64,000 nt of DNA. It comes from Gemmatimonadota bacterium (GTDB taxonomy: Bacteria > Gemmatimonadota > Gemmatimonadetes > Longimicrobiales > RSA9). This document shows positions 29,090 through 38,551 of this stretch, in pieces (position 1 is the stretch's first letter; each line of letters begins with the position of its first letter). Below the pieces are notes generated by a model. The model was not told the DNA's origin and did not search any database. It worked only from the letters and a program-made list of their open reading frames with translations. The stretch lies in assembly GCA_040905425.1 (NCBI GenBank), contig JBBDRO010000050.1:68003-132002 (forward strand), written 5' to 3'. The position numbers and the translations under genes are program-made.

Positions 29090-29680
29090 TCAGCCCGCGG
29101 CCAGCAACGCGCCCAGGGACATGAAGGTCTCCGGCTCTTCCCGACGCACGAGTAAGCGACGTTCGCCCAGAACCCGCAGCGCCTCTTCGGCAGCCGCCGT
29201 CGGCACCTCCAGGTCGGCGGCCACCTCCGCGGCCGTGGCCACGCCGCGGCGCTCCACGCGGTCCCACACGGCGCGTTCCAGGACGCTCACATCTCCCAGC
29301 AGCTCGCAGGCGCCGCTGCTCATCTCCCCTACCAGCGCCAGGTGGTGCCGCTCGAGTACGCTCTCGATGGGTTCGCGGTGCTGCTCGCAGAGGCCGCGGG
29401 CCACGAAGAAGACCGGCAGGGGCTTGCCCGGCCCCACAAAGCGCTGCAGCAGCTTGGCCACGGTCTCGTCCGCGCAGCTGTAGTCCAGCACCACCACCTG
29501 GCTGAAATCCAGTACGGAAAGACACGCCGAGCCGAGCTCGCCGATCTGGCTCTCGATACCCATGCGCAGGGCGCGCCCCGTGGGCCGGGTCACGAGGTGC
29601 GAATAGAGACTGGCCACCTGCCGGCGCACCAGCGCGGACATGTCGAAGGAGAACGGGACCGGCGCCCCCTCCTGCCTCAT
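29090..29680 (-). CDS. STAS-like (DUF4325-type) domain protein with a C-terminal winged-helix domain
   Basis: Internal ATG at 29680 of ORF 29090..29830, overlapping the upstream stop (ATGA). LVTRPTGRALRMGIESQIGELGSACLSVLDFSQVVVLDYSCADETVAKLL resembles the STAS-like DUF4325 pattern. The C-terminus VWDRVERRGVATAAEVAADLEVPTAAAEEALRVLGERRLLVR looks like a wHTH. Confidence 0.65.
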   Translation of the reverse strand: MRQEGAPVPFSFDMSALVRRQVASLYSHLVTRPTGRALRMGIESQIGELGSACLSVLDFSQVVVLDYSCADETVAKLLQRFVGPGKPLPVFFVARGLCEQHREPIESVLERHHLALVGEMSSGACELLGDVSVLERAVWDRVERRGVATAAEVAADLEVPTAAAEEALRVLGERRLLVRREEPETFMSLGALLAAG

Positions 29681-30630
29681 GACGCCGCCCGCGCGGGGCT
29701 GCGGCCGTGCGCACCGCCCTCGGTGGCGCCGGAGCCCTCCTCGAGCGGTACGCGCGCCGGCAGGACGATGCCGATCTGCGCACCCGGGAGGAAGGGCAGG
29801 CCGCGTTCCTGCCGCACGGCGTCGTCCCACGCCGGCACGTCGGCGATCCGGGCGGTGCCGCTGCGGATGGAGACGCGGCCGCCCCAGCGGCCCACCTGGC
29901 GGCGGATCTGCTGGATGCCCTGTCCCCGGCCCGGATCGTGGAAGCGCGTGCGACCGTGCATGAAGGCCGCCTCCAGCGCGGCAGCGTCATCCCACCCGGC
30001 CGTGTCCTGACCGGGCGCGGCGCCCGCCAGCGAACGGCGGAAGCCAATGCCCATGTCCATGACCGCGATGACTACCACCTTCCTGCCCAGCCGCTTGGTC
30101 CACGTATAGGTCTGCGTGGCCACCCAGCCGTCCGCCTCCGCGTGCTCGATGATGTTCTGGCACACCTCGGATAGAATGACGCTGAACTGGAAGGCCTCGC
30201 GCGCCGGATACTGGAGCTGGCGCGTGAGGATGGTGAGGCCGCGCTCGTTGACCCTGTCCACCACCCCGTGCACGTCATCATGGGAACGGATGGGCGTCAC
30301 CTCCAGGAGGACATCGGAGTGGCCCTGCTCGGCGCGCGGCCGGCCCGCGCCCCCGTGCAGCTCGAAGAGCGGCTCGGCGTGCTGGAAGAAGCGCATGCGG
30401 TCCAGGTAGGAGAGCACCTCGTGGTTCTCGGGCAGGCGCAGCGCGGGGCGCTCGCCGATGCGCGCCGCGGCGGTGCCCAGCGCCAGCAGGCCGAGCATCC
30501 CGTACGGATCCACCCAGCGCACGTGGCGCGCGTCCACCAGCAGGCGCGTGTCGGGCTGCAGGTCCGCCTCGCGCACCACGCCCTCGAACGTCCGCTCCTC
30601 CACGGAGCCCGGCAGCGTGACGACTTTCAT
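29677..30630 (-). CDS. STAS-like N-terminal domain fused to a GHKL (HATPase_c, anti-sigma-factor-kinase-like) ATPase
   Basis: The N-terminus (LLVDARHVRWVDPYGMLGLLAL) is STAS-like. GHKL boxes: N-box SEVCQNIIEHA, G1 VMDMGIGF, G2 GRGQGIQQI. GGGGAG precedes the ATG at 30630. Confidence 0.7.
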   Translation of the reverse strand: MKVVTLPGSVEERTFEGVVREADLQPDTRLLVDARHVRWVDPYGMLGLLALGTAAARIGERPALRLPENHEVLSYLDRMRFFQHAEPLFELHGGAGRPRAEQGHSDVLLEVTPIRSHDDVHGVVDRVNERGLTILTRQLQYPAREAFQFSVILSEVCQNIIEHAEADGWVATQTYTWTKRLGRKVVVIAVMDMGIGFRRSLAGAAPGQDTAGWDDAAALEAAFMHGRTRFHDPGRGQGIQQIRRQVGRWGGRVSIRSGTARIADVPAWDDAVRQERGLPFLPGAQIGIVLPARVPLEEGSGATEGGAHGRSPARAAS

Positions 30631-30711
30631 GGCCGGCTCCCCCGAGCGTGATCGAAGCGGTGCGGCCTCACGTGGCCATCCTCCCGTGCCGACGATCGAA
30701 CAGGCGGTGCT

Positions 30712-31695
30712 TCACGTGCCGATCCTTCCCTGCAGATGGTCGTAGAGCCCCGTGGCACCCCGGTGCACCACGTTGCGTGCGGCGGCCGCGTTGGCGGCGC
30801 GCATGGCCGCCTCCAGCCCGGCCCCCTCCAGCAGCGCGCTGAAGCAGGTGGCGCCGAAGACGTCCCCGCAGCCCGTGGGGTCACCCTCCACCGGCGCGCC
30901 CCGCACCAGTATACGCTCGCTCGTGGCGGCGCCCGGCGTGGCGAGCGGCCGCACCACCCCCAAACCGCCGCTCCGCCAGCCGAGCGGCTCCGGCCGGAAG
31001 GCCGGCGACGCCACGTAAGCCGAGCCGCGGGCTCCCAGGGTGACCAGCAGGAGGCGCAGCTCATCGCCCACCACGCTGGCGGCCAGCCGCCACGGATCCC
31101 CCCAGGCGCTGGCCAGGATGCCCAGCTCCTCCTCGTTCATCTGCACGGCATCGAAGCAGCGCAGCCATTCGGGCCAGCTGGCGAGCGGCCGCGGCAACCG
31201 GTTGCCCTGCGCATCCAGTCCCAGGAAGATGGAGTGCAGGTCGGCGTAGATGGGCCCGCTGTAGGCGGCGCGCAGGCGCTGCGCCGTCTCCAGATCCAGC
31301 TCGAAGCCGGAGATGAAATTGATGTAGAGCGCATCCAGCCCCTCAACGATGGGCCAGAGTTCGTCCCAGCGCCATGGGGACACCCCGCCGGTGAGCCGCT
31401 CACAGCGCCGCTCCTGGTCCACGTAGCGCAGTTCCACGCGGTTGTTCGCTTCCCGGACCACGCGTACGCCGCGCTCCAGTTCCAGCTCCGGCAGCTCGCG
31501 CAGAAAGCGCAGCCCCTCCTCCTGCAGGTCGGCGCCCAGCTTGAGCACGGGCACCACCCGCCAGGCGCGCGGCAGGGCGGCCGCCGCCGCGGCCAGGGCA
31601 TACGCGATGCCGCCCCATTCCTGCACCGGCGCGGCCCAGGCGTCCCGCGCGTGGATGCGATCCCAGACCATGGTGCCGAGCACGCCCAGCCTCAC
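30712..31695 (-). CDS. PfkB-family (ribokinase-like) carbohydrate kinase
   Basis: Family motif GDPTGCGDVFGATCF near the C-terminus. The GTG start overlaps the ROK gene stop (GTGA). The substrate is unknown. Confidence 0.75.
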   Translation of the reverse strand: MRLGVLGTMVWDRIHARDAWAAPVQEWGGIAYALAAAAAALPRAWRVVPVLKLGADLQEEGLRFLRELPELELERGVRVVREANNRVELRYVDQERRCERLTGGVSPWRWDELWPIVEGLDALYINFISGFELDLETAQRLRAAYSGPIYADLHSIFLGLDAQGNRLPRPLASWPEWLRCFDAVQMNEEELGILASAWGDPWRLAASVVGDELRLLLVTLGARGSAYVASPAFRPEPLGWRSGGLGVVRPLATPGAATSERILVRGAPVEGDPTGCGDVFGATCFSALLEGAGLEAAMRAANAAAARNVVHRGATGLYDHLQGRIGT

Positions 31696-32792
31696 ACCGC
31701 CCCGTACGTCTCCTTCTTGAACACCCCGGCGGCCCCGATCACGCCGGCGGTTCCGGGCAGCTCCGCGGACACGATCTGGCAGCGCTCCTCGGCGCTCTTG
31801 AAGGCGCGCCGCCGCACCTCCGCGCGCAGGGGCACGAAGAGGTGGTCCCCCGCGCGCGTCACGCCGCCGGCGATCACCACCATCTCGGGATTCAGGATGT
31901 TGATCAGGTTGGCCACGGCGCTGCCCAGCAGCTTGGCCGTCTCGCGCATGACCTCGTTGGCGTACGGATCACCCAGGATCACGGCCTCGTAGACGGTGGC
32001 GGCGGTGATGTCGTCCATCCTGCCGTTGACCAGCGCCGGCAGCAGTGAATCCGTGCCGGCCTCCAGCCCCTCCACGGCGCGCAGCGCGATGGCGGGCCCC
32101 GAGGCGTAGGCCTCGATGCAGCCGTAATTGCCACACTTGCACTTGCGGCCGGTGGAGTCGATGGACATGTGGCCGATCTCGCCGGCGGCGTCACTCACGC
32201 CGTGGAAGATGCTGCCGTTCAGCACGATGCCGCCGCCGATGCCGGTGCCCAGGGTGAGCCCCACCAGCGTGTCCACGTTGCGGCCGGCGCCGAGCCACCA
32301 CTCGCCGTACGTGGCGCAGTTGGCGTCATTGTCCAGGGTGGCGGGCAGCCCCACCGCGTTGGCGATCAGGTCCCGCAGGGGGAAGTTGCGCCAGCCCAGG
32401 TTGGGCGTGTTGATGACCGTGCCCGTGGCCCGATCCAGCGGACCGGGGGAGCCGATGCCCACCCCGGCGAAGTCAGCCTCCGTGCCGCCGAATTCCGAGA
32501 GGATGTCCCGCCGCGCCTGGTCGATGAGGCCCACGATACGATCCACCACGAACTTGGCGCCGCGCACGGCTTCCGTGGGCACGCTGCGCAGCGCCAGCGG
32601 CTCACCCTTCCCCCCGTCCATGGGCATGACGCCCACGCCGATGTTGGTGCCGCCCAGGTCCACGCCGATGATCCACTTCTTGTCGCCAGAAGGGGCGGCG
32701 GCACCCGCCGTGGACCCGGCCCTGCCGCTGGCCGTAGCGGGCTCGGCCTGACCGGCGCTCCCCGAAGTCGGTTCAGTGACAGCCATAAGCAT
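31692..32792 (-). CDS. ROK-family glucokinase-like sugar kinase
   Basis: IIGVDLGGTNIGVGV and the ROK zinc motif GHMSIDSTGRKCKCGNYGCIEAY. The start is uncertain (ATG at 32792, 32786 or 32858). There is an Ala/Gly/Ser-rich N-terminal extension. Confidence 0.8.
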   Translation of the reverse strand: MLMAVTEPTSGSAGQAEPATASGRAGSTAGAAAPSGDKKWIIGVDLGGTNIGVGVMPMDGGKGEPLALRSVPTEAVRGAKFVVDRIVGLIDQARRDILSEFGGTEADFAGVGIGSPGPLDRATGTVINTPNLGWRNFPLRDLIANAVGLPATLDNDANCATYGEWWLGAGRNVDTLVGLTLGTGIGGGIVLNGSIFHGVSDAAGEIGHMSIDSTGRKCKCGNYGCIEAYASGPAIALRAVEGLEAGTDSLLPALVNGRMDDITAATVYEAVILGDPYANEVMRETAKLLGSAVANLINILNPEMVVIAGGVTRAGDHLFVPLRAEVRRRAFKSAEERCQIVSAELPGTAGVIGAAGVFKKETYGAV

Positions 32793-32912
32793 CACGGTAA
32801 GGGTGAGTGCGTGCGGGCGCGCGGTGCGCGCCCCCAGCGAATGTGCCGCGCACCCCATGGCACCTGCAAGGTGGCCGGGCCGCGCGCTGGCGCGAGGACG
32901 TCGCTTGAAAGC

Positions 32913-34742
32913 TCACTCCCCCACCTGCAGCACCGCCAGGAACGCCTCCTGGGGGATCTCCACGCTGCCCACCTGCTTCATGCGCTTCTTCCCCTCGCGC
33001 TGCTTCTCCAGGAGCTTCCGCTTGCGGGAGATGTCTCCGCCGTAGCACTTGGCGGTGACGTTCTTGCGCATGGCCTTGACCGATTCCCGGGCAATGATGC
33101 GATTACCGATGGCCGCCTGGATGGCCACCTCGAACATCTGCCGCGGGATGAGCTCCTTCAACTTCTCGGCCATCCCACGGCCCCAATCGTAGGCCTTGTC
33201 CCGGTGGATGATGATGCTGAAGGCGTCCACGGGGTCCCCATTGATCATCATGTCCAGGCGGACCAGGTCACTCCTGCGGTACTCGATCGGCTCCCAGTCC
33301 AGCGAGGCGTAGCCGCGCGTGCCGCTCTTCAGCTTGTCGTAGAAATCCAGGATGATCTCCGCCAGGGGGAGCTCGTAGGTGAACTCCACGCGCGCGGTGT
33401 CCAGGTAGTGCATCTCCTGGAAGCTGCCGCGGCGCTCGTGGCAGAGCTTCTGGACGTTGCCGATGTACTCGGCGGGGCAGACGATGCGCGCACGTACGAA
33501 GGGCTCCTCGATGGACTCCAGGAAGTTGGGGTCCGGCATGGCGCTGGGGTTCTCGATGTGCGCGTCCGTGCCGTCCGTGCGATGGATCTGGTACTTCACG
33601 TTGGGCACGGTGGTGACCAGGTCCAGCTCGAATTCGCGCTCCAGCCGCTCCTGGATGATCTCCATGTGCAGGAGCCCCAGGAAGCCGCAGCGGAAGCCGA
33701 AGCCCAGCGCCAGGGAGGACTCGGGCTCGTAGAAGAGGGAGGCGTCATTCACCTTGAGCTTTTCCAGCGCGTCGCGGAGTTCCTCGTACTGGTCGGAGTC
33801 GGAGGGGTAGAGCCCGCTGAACACCATGGGCTTGATTTCCCGGTAGCCCGGGATCATCTCCGCGGCGCGGTCGTCCGCGTCGAAGATCGTATCACCCACC
33901 TTGGTGTCCGCCACCCGCTTGATGGCCGCCAGCACGTAGCCCACCTCCCCCGCGCGCAGCTCCTCCACCTTGAAGCGACCCAGCCGGAGGAAGCCCACCT
34001 CGTCCACCTCGTACGTGTTTTCGGTGGCGCCGAAGGCTATGTGCGTGCCCGGGCGGATGGCCCCGTCCACCACGCGGATGGTGGGCACGGCGCCCTGGTA
34101 GCGGTCGTAGTAGGAGTCGAAGATGAGGGCGCGGAGCGGCGCATCGGGGTCCCCCTTCGGGGCCGGTACCCTGGCTACGATGGCCTCCAGCAGCTCGGGC
34201 ACGCCGGTGCCCTCCTTGGCGGAGACCACCAGGATTTCGTCCGGATCCACCCCCAGGAGCTCGACCAGCTCCTCCTTGCGGCGCTCCGGCTCGGCACCGG
34301 GGAGGTCGATCTTGTTCAGGACCGGGATGATCTCCAGCCCGGCGTCCAGCGCCAGGAAGAGGTTGGAGAGCGTCTGCGCCTGCACGCCCTGGGAGGCGTC
34401 CACCACCAGGACCGCGCCCTCGCAGGCCTGCAGCGAACGGGACACCTCGTAGGTGAAGTCCACGTGCCCGGGCGTGTCGATGAGGTTCAGCTGGTAGGTG
34501 TGCCCGTCCCCGGCGGCGTACGCCATGCGCACCGCGTGCAGCTTGATGGTGATGCCGCGCTCGCGCTCCAGATCCATGGCGTCCAGGACCTGTTCGTCCA
34601 TCTCCCGCTTGGTGAGCGTCTTCGTCTCCTCGAGGAGACGGTCCGCCAGCGTGGACTTGCCGTGGTCGATATGGGCGACGATGCAGAAGTTGCGGATCTG
34701 TTGCTGGTGCACGCGGTGTCCCGTGAAATGCCTGTGGCTCAA
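32913..34742 (-). CDS. lepA: translation elongation factor 4 (LepA)
   Basis: [52 protein letters not shown], and the LepA C-terminal domain. 609 aa. Confidence 0.95.
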   Translation of the reverse strand: MSHRHFTGHRVHQQQIRNFCIVAHIDHGKSTLADRLLEETKTLTKREMDEQVLDAMDLERERGITIKLHAVRMAYAAGDGHTYQLNLIDTPGHVDFTYEVSRSLQACEGAVLVVDASQGVQAQTLSNLFLALDAGLEIIPVLNKIDLPGAEPERRKEELVELLGVDPDEILVVSAKEGTGVPELLEAIVARVPAPKGDPDAPLRALIFDSYYDRYQGAVPTIRVVDGAIRPGTHIAFGATENTYEVDEVGFLRLGRFKVEELRAGEVGYVLAAIKRVADTKVGDTIFDADDRAAEMIPGYREIKPMVFSGLYPSDSDQYEELRDALEKLKVNDASLFYEPESSLALGFGFRCGFLGLLHMEIIQERLEREFELDLVTTVPNVKYQIHRTDGTDAHIENPSAMPDPNFLESIEEPFVRARIVCPAEYIGNVQKLCHERRGSFQEMHYLDTARVEFTYELPLAEIILDFYDKLKSGTRGYASLDWEPIEYRRSDLVRLDMMINGDPVDAFSIIIHRDKAYDWGRGMAEKLKELIPRQMFEVAIQAAIGNRIIARESVKAMRKNVTAKCYGGDISRKRKLLEKQREGKKRMKQVGSVEIPQEAFLAVLQVGE

Positions 34743-35012
34743 CGATTTGGCCGGTGTGGACGTAATCCCGAAGTATAGTGGCAGCGGCGGCCGGGATCAA
34801 TCGTTGCCGGGGGCGGCGGGCCAAGGCCGACATGACCGGCCTTCACGGCGGTGGGCGCCATGTCAGCGGTGACATGCCCCGGCGAGCATCCCGACGTCTG
34901 CCGGCGGCCGATGGCCATGCTGGAACGCGCGCATGCGGAGATCGATACGCTGAGAGGGTTCTTCAAGGTTGCGGAACGCTCGGGGGCGGGCGGAGGTCCG
35001 TCCCGCCGTTCC

Positions 35013-35044
35013 GCCAAAATATTTTATAAAGTATTTTGGCTCAA
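35013..35044 (-). promoter_or_regulatory. AT-rich palindrome with an embedded promoter-like hexamer pair upstream of lepA
   Basis: GCCAAAATA (35013-35021) and TATTTTGGC (35032-35040) are inverted repeats around TTTTATAAAG. On the minus strand there is TTGAGC (35044-35039), a 17-nt spacer, then TATTTT (35021-35016). Confidence 0.3.
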
Positions 35045-35150
35045 CCACGGGCCGGACTGTAGGGAAGCTTCGGGTGCCGCGCACGCCTTCCGCCCCGGCC
35101 CCGCATGTGCTCCGCCCACCCGGGCGCCATCCATACGCGCTCGAGAACGC

Positions 35151-35345
35151 TCAGTGCGGCTGTTGCCGCGCCTCCCTCCCGAAGCGCGAGAGCAGAAAGA
35201 ACAACACCACCGACACGAGCAGGAAGCCTGCGCCGATCAGCATCGGTGTGGTCTCGTGCAGCGCCAGACCGTGCCCCAGGAAATAGGGAAAGCCTATGGC
35301 CACCGCGGCGGCCAGGAGCGTCAGGATACTGCGTCCGAACGACAT
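35151..35345 (-). CDS. small two-TM membrane protein
   Basis: 64 aa and hydrophobic (ILTLLAAAVAIGFPYFLGHG, MLIGAGFLLVSVVLFFLL). GGAGG lies 8 nt upstream of the ATG. It sits 48 nt downstream of the M28 peptidase gene. Confidence 0.5.
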   Translation of the reverse strand: MSFGRSILTLLAAAVAIGFPYFLGHGLALHETTPMLIGAGFLLVSVVLFFLLSRFGREARQQPH

Positions 35346-35393
35346 GTCGTGCGTCCTCCGTCAGTGATGGTCGAGGCGGCGTTGGCGCCGCCG

Positions 35394-36923
35394 CTAGTTC
35401 CGGCCGCCGGCCGCCTCGCGCACCTGGCGGAGCCCTTCGGCCGTGTACGCCGGCCTCTCCGTGTCCGCGGCAATGGCGTGCGCGAAGTAGAAGGCCAGCT
35501 TGGCAATGCGGGCGGCCTTGTCCGTGTCGATCTTCTCCACGTGGTCCGAGGCACGGTGGTAGTCCTCGTGGACCCCCGTGAAGAAGAAGAGCGCGGGGAT
35601 CTCCTTGGCCGCGAAGCTGAAGTGATCACTGCGGAAGAAGAAGCGCTCGTCGGGCCAGATGTCCTCCGCGACGGTGAGGCGCAGGTCGTCGGCGTAGCGG
35701 GTGGCCACCTCCTGCACGAGCGGCCCCAGCGAGGAGAGGTCCTGGCCGATGGCCACCACGCTGTCGGGGTCGTTTCTGCCGATCATGTCCATGTTCACGT
35801 TGGCCACGATCTGCCCGAGTGGCAGGGTGGGATGGTCGGCGTAGTAGCGTGAGCCCAGCAGCCCCTTTTCCTCCCCGCTCACGGCCATGAAGATGACGGA
35901 GCGGCGCGGCGGCGTGGGCAGCGCGGCGAACGCCTCGGCCATCTCCAGGATGGCGGAGGTGCCGGACGCGTCATCGTCGGCGCCGTTGTAGATGGAGTCG
36001 CCGCTCTCGTCCGGGTTGCCGATGCCTACGTGGTCCATGTGCGCACTGAAGATCACGTAGGTGTCGCGCAACGCGGGGTCGCTGCCCGGCAGCATGGCCG
36101 CCACGTTGGGCGGCTGGTGGTCCACGTCCACGTAGGGCGCGGCCAGGTGCACGGCGCCGAGCGGGGTGGGGCCCGCGCCGGGAGCGCGCGCCGCGAGGGC
36201 CTGCAGGTCTCCACCCGCGGCACGGACCAGCTCCCGCAACGGCTCGGCCCGCACGAAGAAGGTGGGCAGCGCGGCCGCCGTGCTGCGCGTGCTCGTGGAG
36301 GCGGCCGCGCGCGCGGCCACGTCGGCGGGGCCCATGTCGTCCGGCAGGGCCACCACGAGCGCCGCGGCGCCCGCTTCCAGGAGAGCGCTCCGCACCGGCC
36401 GGAAAGCCCGCTCGTCCGCACGGCTCCTACCCGCGGCAAGAGGATCCGTGACCAGCACCACCTTGCCGCGCACCCGCGCGTCCGCCGCGCCCTCACCGGG
36501 ATGGTAGTAGACCAGCTCCGCGCGGATCGGCGCGGTGGTGGCCGGCCCGGCGTAGAAGTCGGCGCCGTAGGTCAGCGCACGTGCGCGCGGCGCCGTCGCT
36601 TCGAAAACCGTGCCCTCGGTGACCAGCTCGCGGATCACGAAGGGGTAGCGCTGGAAGTAGGTGCCATTCTCGCCGGCGGGCTCCAGGCCCATGGAGCGGA
36701 ATTCACTGACGATGTAGGCGGCCGCAACCTCGAGGCCCTGGCTGGGCGTGTCCCGCCCCTGCAGGGCGTCGCTGGCCAGGAAGCCGATGCGGGCGTAGAA
36801 GTCGTTGGGTGTGATGGTGGCCGCGGCGCGGCGCAGTTCGGCGTCGGAGGCCTGGGAGGAGGCCGGCGGCGCGCACGCCGCCAGGATGCCGAGGCCGAGA
36901 ACGAAGGCGGTGAGGCGAGTCAT
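35394..36923 (-). CDS. M28-family aminopeptidase with PA-like insert; secreted or lipoprotein
   Basis: Internal ATG at 36923 gives the signal peptide MTRLTAFVLGLGILAACA. Metal-ligand motifs: FSAHMDHVG, NGADDDASGTSAILE, VSGEEKGLLGS, NMDMIGRN, SDHFSF. Confidence 0.85.
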   Translation of the reverse strand: MTRLTAFVLGLGILAACAPPASSQASDAELRRAAATITPNDFYARIGFLASDALQGRDTPSQGLEVAAAYIVSEFRSMGLEPAGENGTYFQRYPFVIRELVTEGTVFEATAPRARALTYGADFYAGPATTAPIRAELVYYHPGEGAADARVRGKVVLVTDPLAAGRSRADERAFRPVRSALLEAGAAALVVALPDDMGPADVAARAAASTSTRSTAAALPTFFVRAEPLRELVRAAGGDLQALAARAPGAGPTPLGAVHLAAPYVDVDHQPPNVAAMLPGSDPALRDTYVIFSAHMDHVGIGNPDESGDSIYNGADDDASGTSAILEMAEAFAALPTPPRRSVIFMAVSGEEKGLLGSRYYADHPTLPLGQIVANVNMDMIGRNDPDSVVAIGQDLSSLGPLVQEVATRYADDLRLTVAEDIWPDERFFFRSDHFSFAAKEIPALFFFTGVHEDYHRASDHVEKIDTDKAARIAKLAFYFAHAIAADTERPAYTAEGLRQVREAAGGRN

Positions 36924-37084
36924 GATGGTGCCCGTGCTCTGGGGTGCGCGCCGCGGGCGTGCCCCCCGGCGCCCCGGCGGGGTCAACCCGCGCCGGTCGT
37001 GCCCGGAAATTATCCGTGCGGGCGGCGCCGCACCACCCTCACCGGGGGGACATCGGCCGCCACCCGCAGGCGGGCTGCACGACC

Positions 37085-38032
37085 CTACAGCAACGCGGCG
37101 GCGAGGCGGGCGAGCCGCTCGCGGAAGGCGCGGTCATTGGCCTCGAACCACGCGCGCGCCGCGCGGCCAAGCGCTTCCTTCTCCGCCGTGGGACGGGTGA
37201 TGAGGTCGGCGATGGCGCGCTCCAGGGCCTCCGGATCCACGTGAAAGTTGTAGCCCAGCTTGCGGGGTTCACTGTGCCTGTACGGGACCAGCACGCCGTG
37301 CTCCGGGCCGACCAGCTCGTTCATGGGGGGGGCGTTGGTGGTGAGCGTCACCGCAGCGCACGACATGGCCTCCACGATGTAGTGCCCCCACCCTTCGCTG
37401 CGGGACGGGCACAGGTGGACGCCGCACGCGTTCTGCAGCGCGCGCAGCTCGTCGTCCGCCAGGTAGCGCTCGACGCGCTCCACGTTGGCGGGCAGCTGCT
37501 CGGCCGGGGCGGCGCGGCCGTGCTGGACGAGCGTGAGCGTTGGCCACTCCGGGTGGCGCCGCCAGACGTCGAGCAGCTCCGCGGTGCCCTTGAGGTTGCT
37601 GCCGCCGGCCAGGTGGAAGAAGCGGCCGTAATCGGGGTCAGCATTTGGCAGGGCACGGTCCACGGAGGTGAAGCCCAGGTAGTGCACGGAGGGGTGCAGC
37701 GCGCCGAAGATCTCCTGCGCGTGGCGGCTCTTGCACAGGATGTGCTCCATGCGCGCCAGCAGCGGCACCAGACGGCGGGCGTAGCGCTCCTGATTGGGCA
37801 CCAGCACGTAGCGGCCGGCGGAGCGGAGCCAGCGGGCCGTGACCCGCTCCAGAAAGAGCAGCGTCTCGTCGGCGCGCGGCCGGCCGTAGAGGCGGCGCAG
37901 CGGATTGATGCTACGGTAATGGGAGAACGCGGGCTGCCGGCCCAGCGCGGTCAGCGCGTCCGCCAGCAGGCGCACGTCGCGATCCATGCCCACGCGGTTG
38001 GTGCGCGCCACGATGCGGAGTTGCCGTGCCAA
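37085..38032 (-). CDS. glycosyltransferase (GT-B, GT4-like)
   Basis: C-terminal GT1/GT4-like motif CPSRSEGWGHYIVEAMSCAAV. The ORF start at 38032 is TTG. In-frame GTG and ATG codons follow, so the start is uncertain. Confidence 0.65.
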   Translation of the reverse strand: MARQLRIVARTNRVGMDRDVRLLADALTALGRQPAFSHYRSINPLRRLYGRPRADETLLFLERVTARWLRSAGRYVLVPNQERYARRLVPLLARMEHILCKSRHAQEIFGALHPSVHYLGFTSVDRALPNADPDYGRFFHLAGGSNLKGTAELLDVWRRHPEWPTLTLVQHGRAAPAEQLPANVERVERYLADDELRALQNACGVHLCPSRSEGWGHYIVEAMSCAAVTLTTNAPPMNELVGPEHGVLVPYRHSEPRKLGYNFHVDPEALERAIADLITRPTAEKEALGRAARAWFEANDRAFRERLARLAAALL

Positions 38033-38202
38033 ACGGTGTTCCTGGCTACGAGGGTGAACGGGATGACCACCGGTCCGGGCCGCCGCGTCCGGCTAGGCCC
38101 GCTGCGTGCGCGTCCAGCCGCGATGCGGCATGACCCGCACCGCCACAACGACGAAAAGTGCACTCCGAAGCGGCCGCAACCGAGAAATGTCGACTTGTGG
38201 TT

Positions 38203-38333
38203 GCGATCACGACCATAACTGCACATCGAAGCCTCGCGCCGCGATCTCATTGGCCACTTGGCGTCGTGATCGCAGCGCCAGAGCGCACATCGTGCCCACC
38301 GCCGCCCTTCCCGGGCCAGTTGATGTCGTGATC
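38203..38333. promoter_or_regulatory. cluster of three GTCGTGATC(GC) motif copies, one inverted, in a lower-GC intergenic stretch
   Basis: GCGATCACGAC at 38203-38213 is the exact reverse complement of GTCGTGATCGC at 38263-38273. GTCGTGATC recurs at 38325-38333. GCACATCG occurs twice between them. Confidence 0.3.
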
Positions 38334-38364
38334 CGCCAGCGCGGCCGCAGCGCCCGCTGGGGCT

Positions 38365-38442
38365 GCCCCGCGGCGCCCCGCGCGGCCACGCCCGGTGCGG
38401 TATGCCCCGCGGCGCCCCGCGCGGCCACGCCCGGTGCGGTAT
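38365..38442. repeat. perfect 39-bp tandem duplication
   Basis: CCCCGCGGCGCCCCGCGCGGCCACGCCCGGTGCGGTATG occupies 38365-38403 and is repeated identically at 38404-38442. It lies about 110 nt upstream of the DUF58 gene start. Confidence 0.95.
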
Positions 38443-38551
38443 GTGCCGCGACCAACCGCATGATAGGGCGTCGCGGACGGCCGCGCACACCCGCGGGCGG
38501 CGCCCACCGATTGCCCGCAACGCCGCGTCTTGCTAAGATCGCCGCCCGCTC

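Noticed and set aside
38365-38442. The 39-bp repeat as a CRISPR array.
   Set aside because: There are only two copies, and they are directly adjacent with no spacer. No cas genes are in the window.
38033-38551. A known structured RNA gene (tmRNA, RNase P RNA, SRP RNA, 6S) in the large gap. The same question applies to the other gaps at 34743-35150 and 56551-56683.
   Set aside because: I could not find hallmark sequences, for example the RNase P GAGGAAAGUCC box, the tmRNA tag ORF with a tRNA-like CCA end, or tRNA cloverleaf arms. This does not exclude a novel sRNA, which is covered in the findings.
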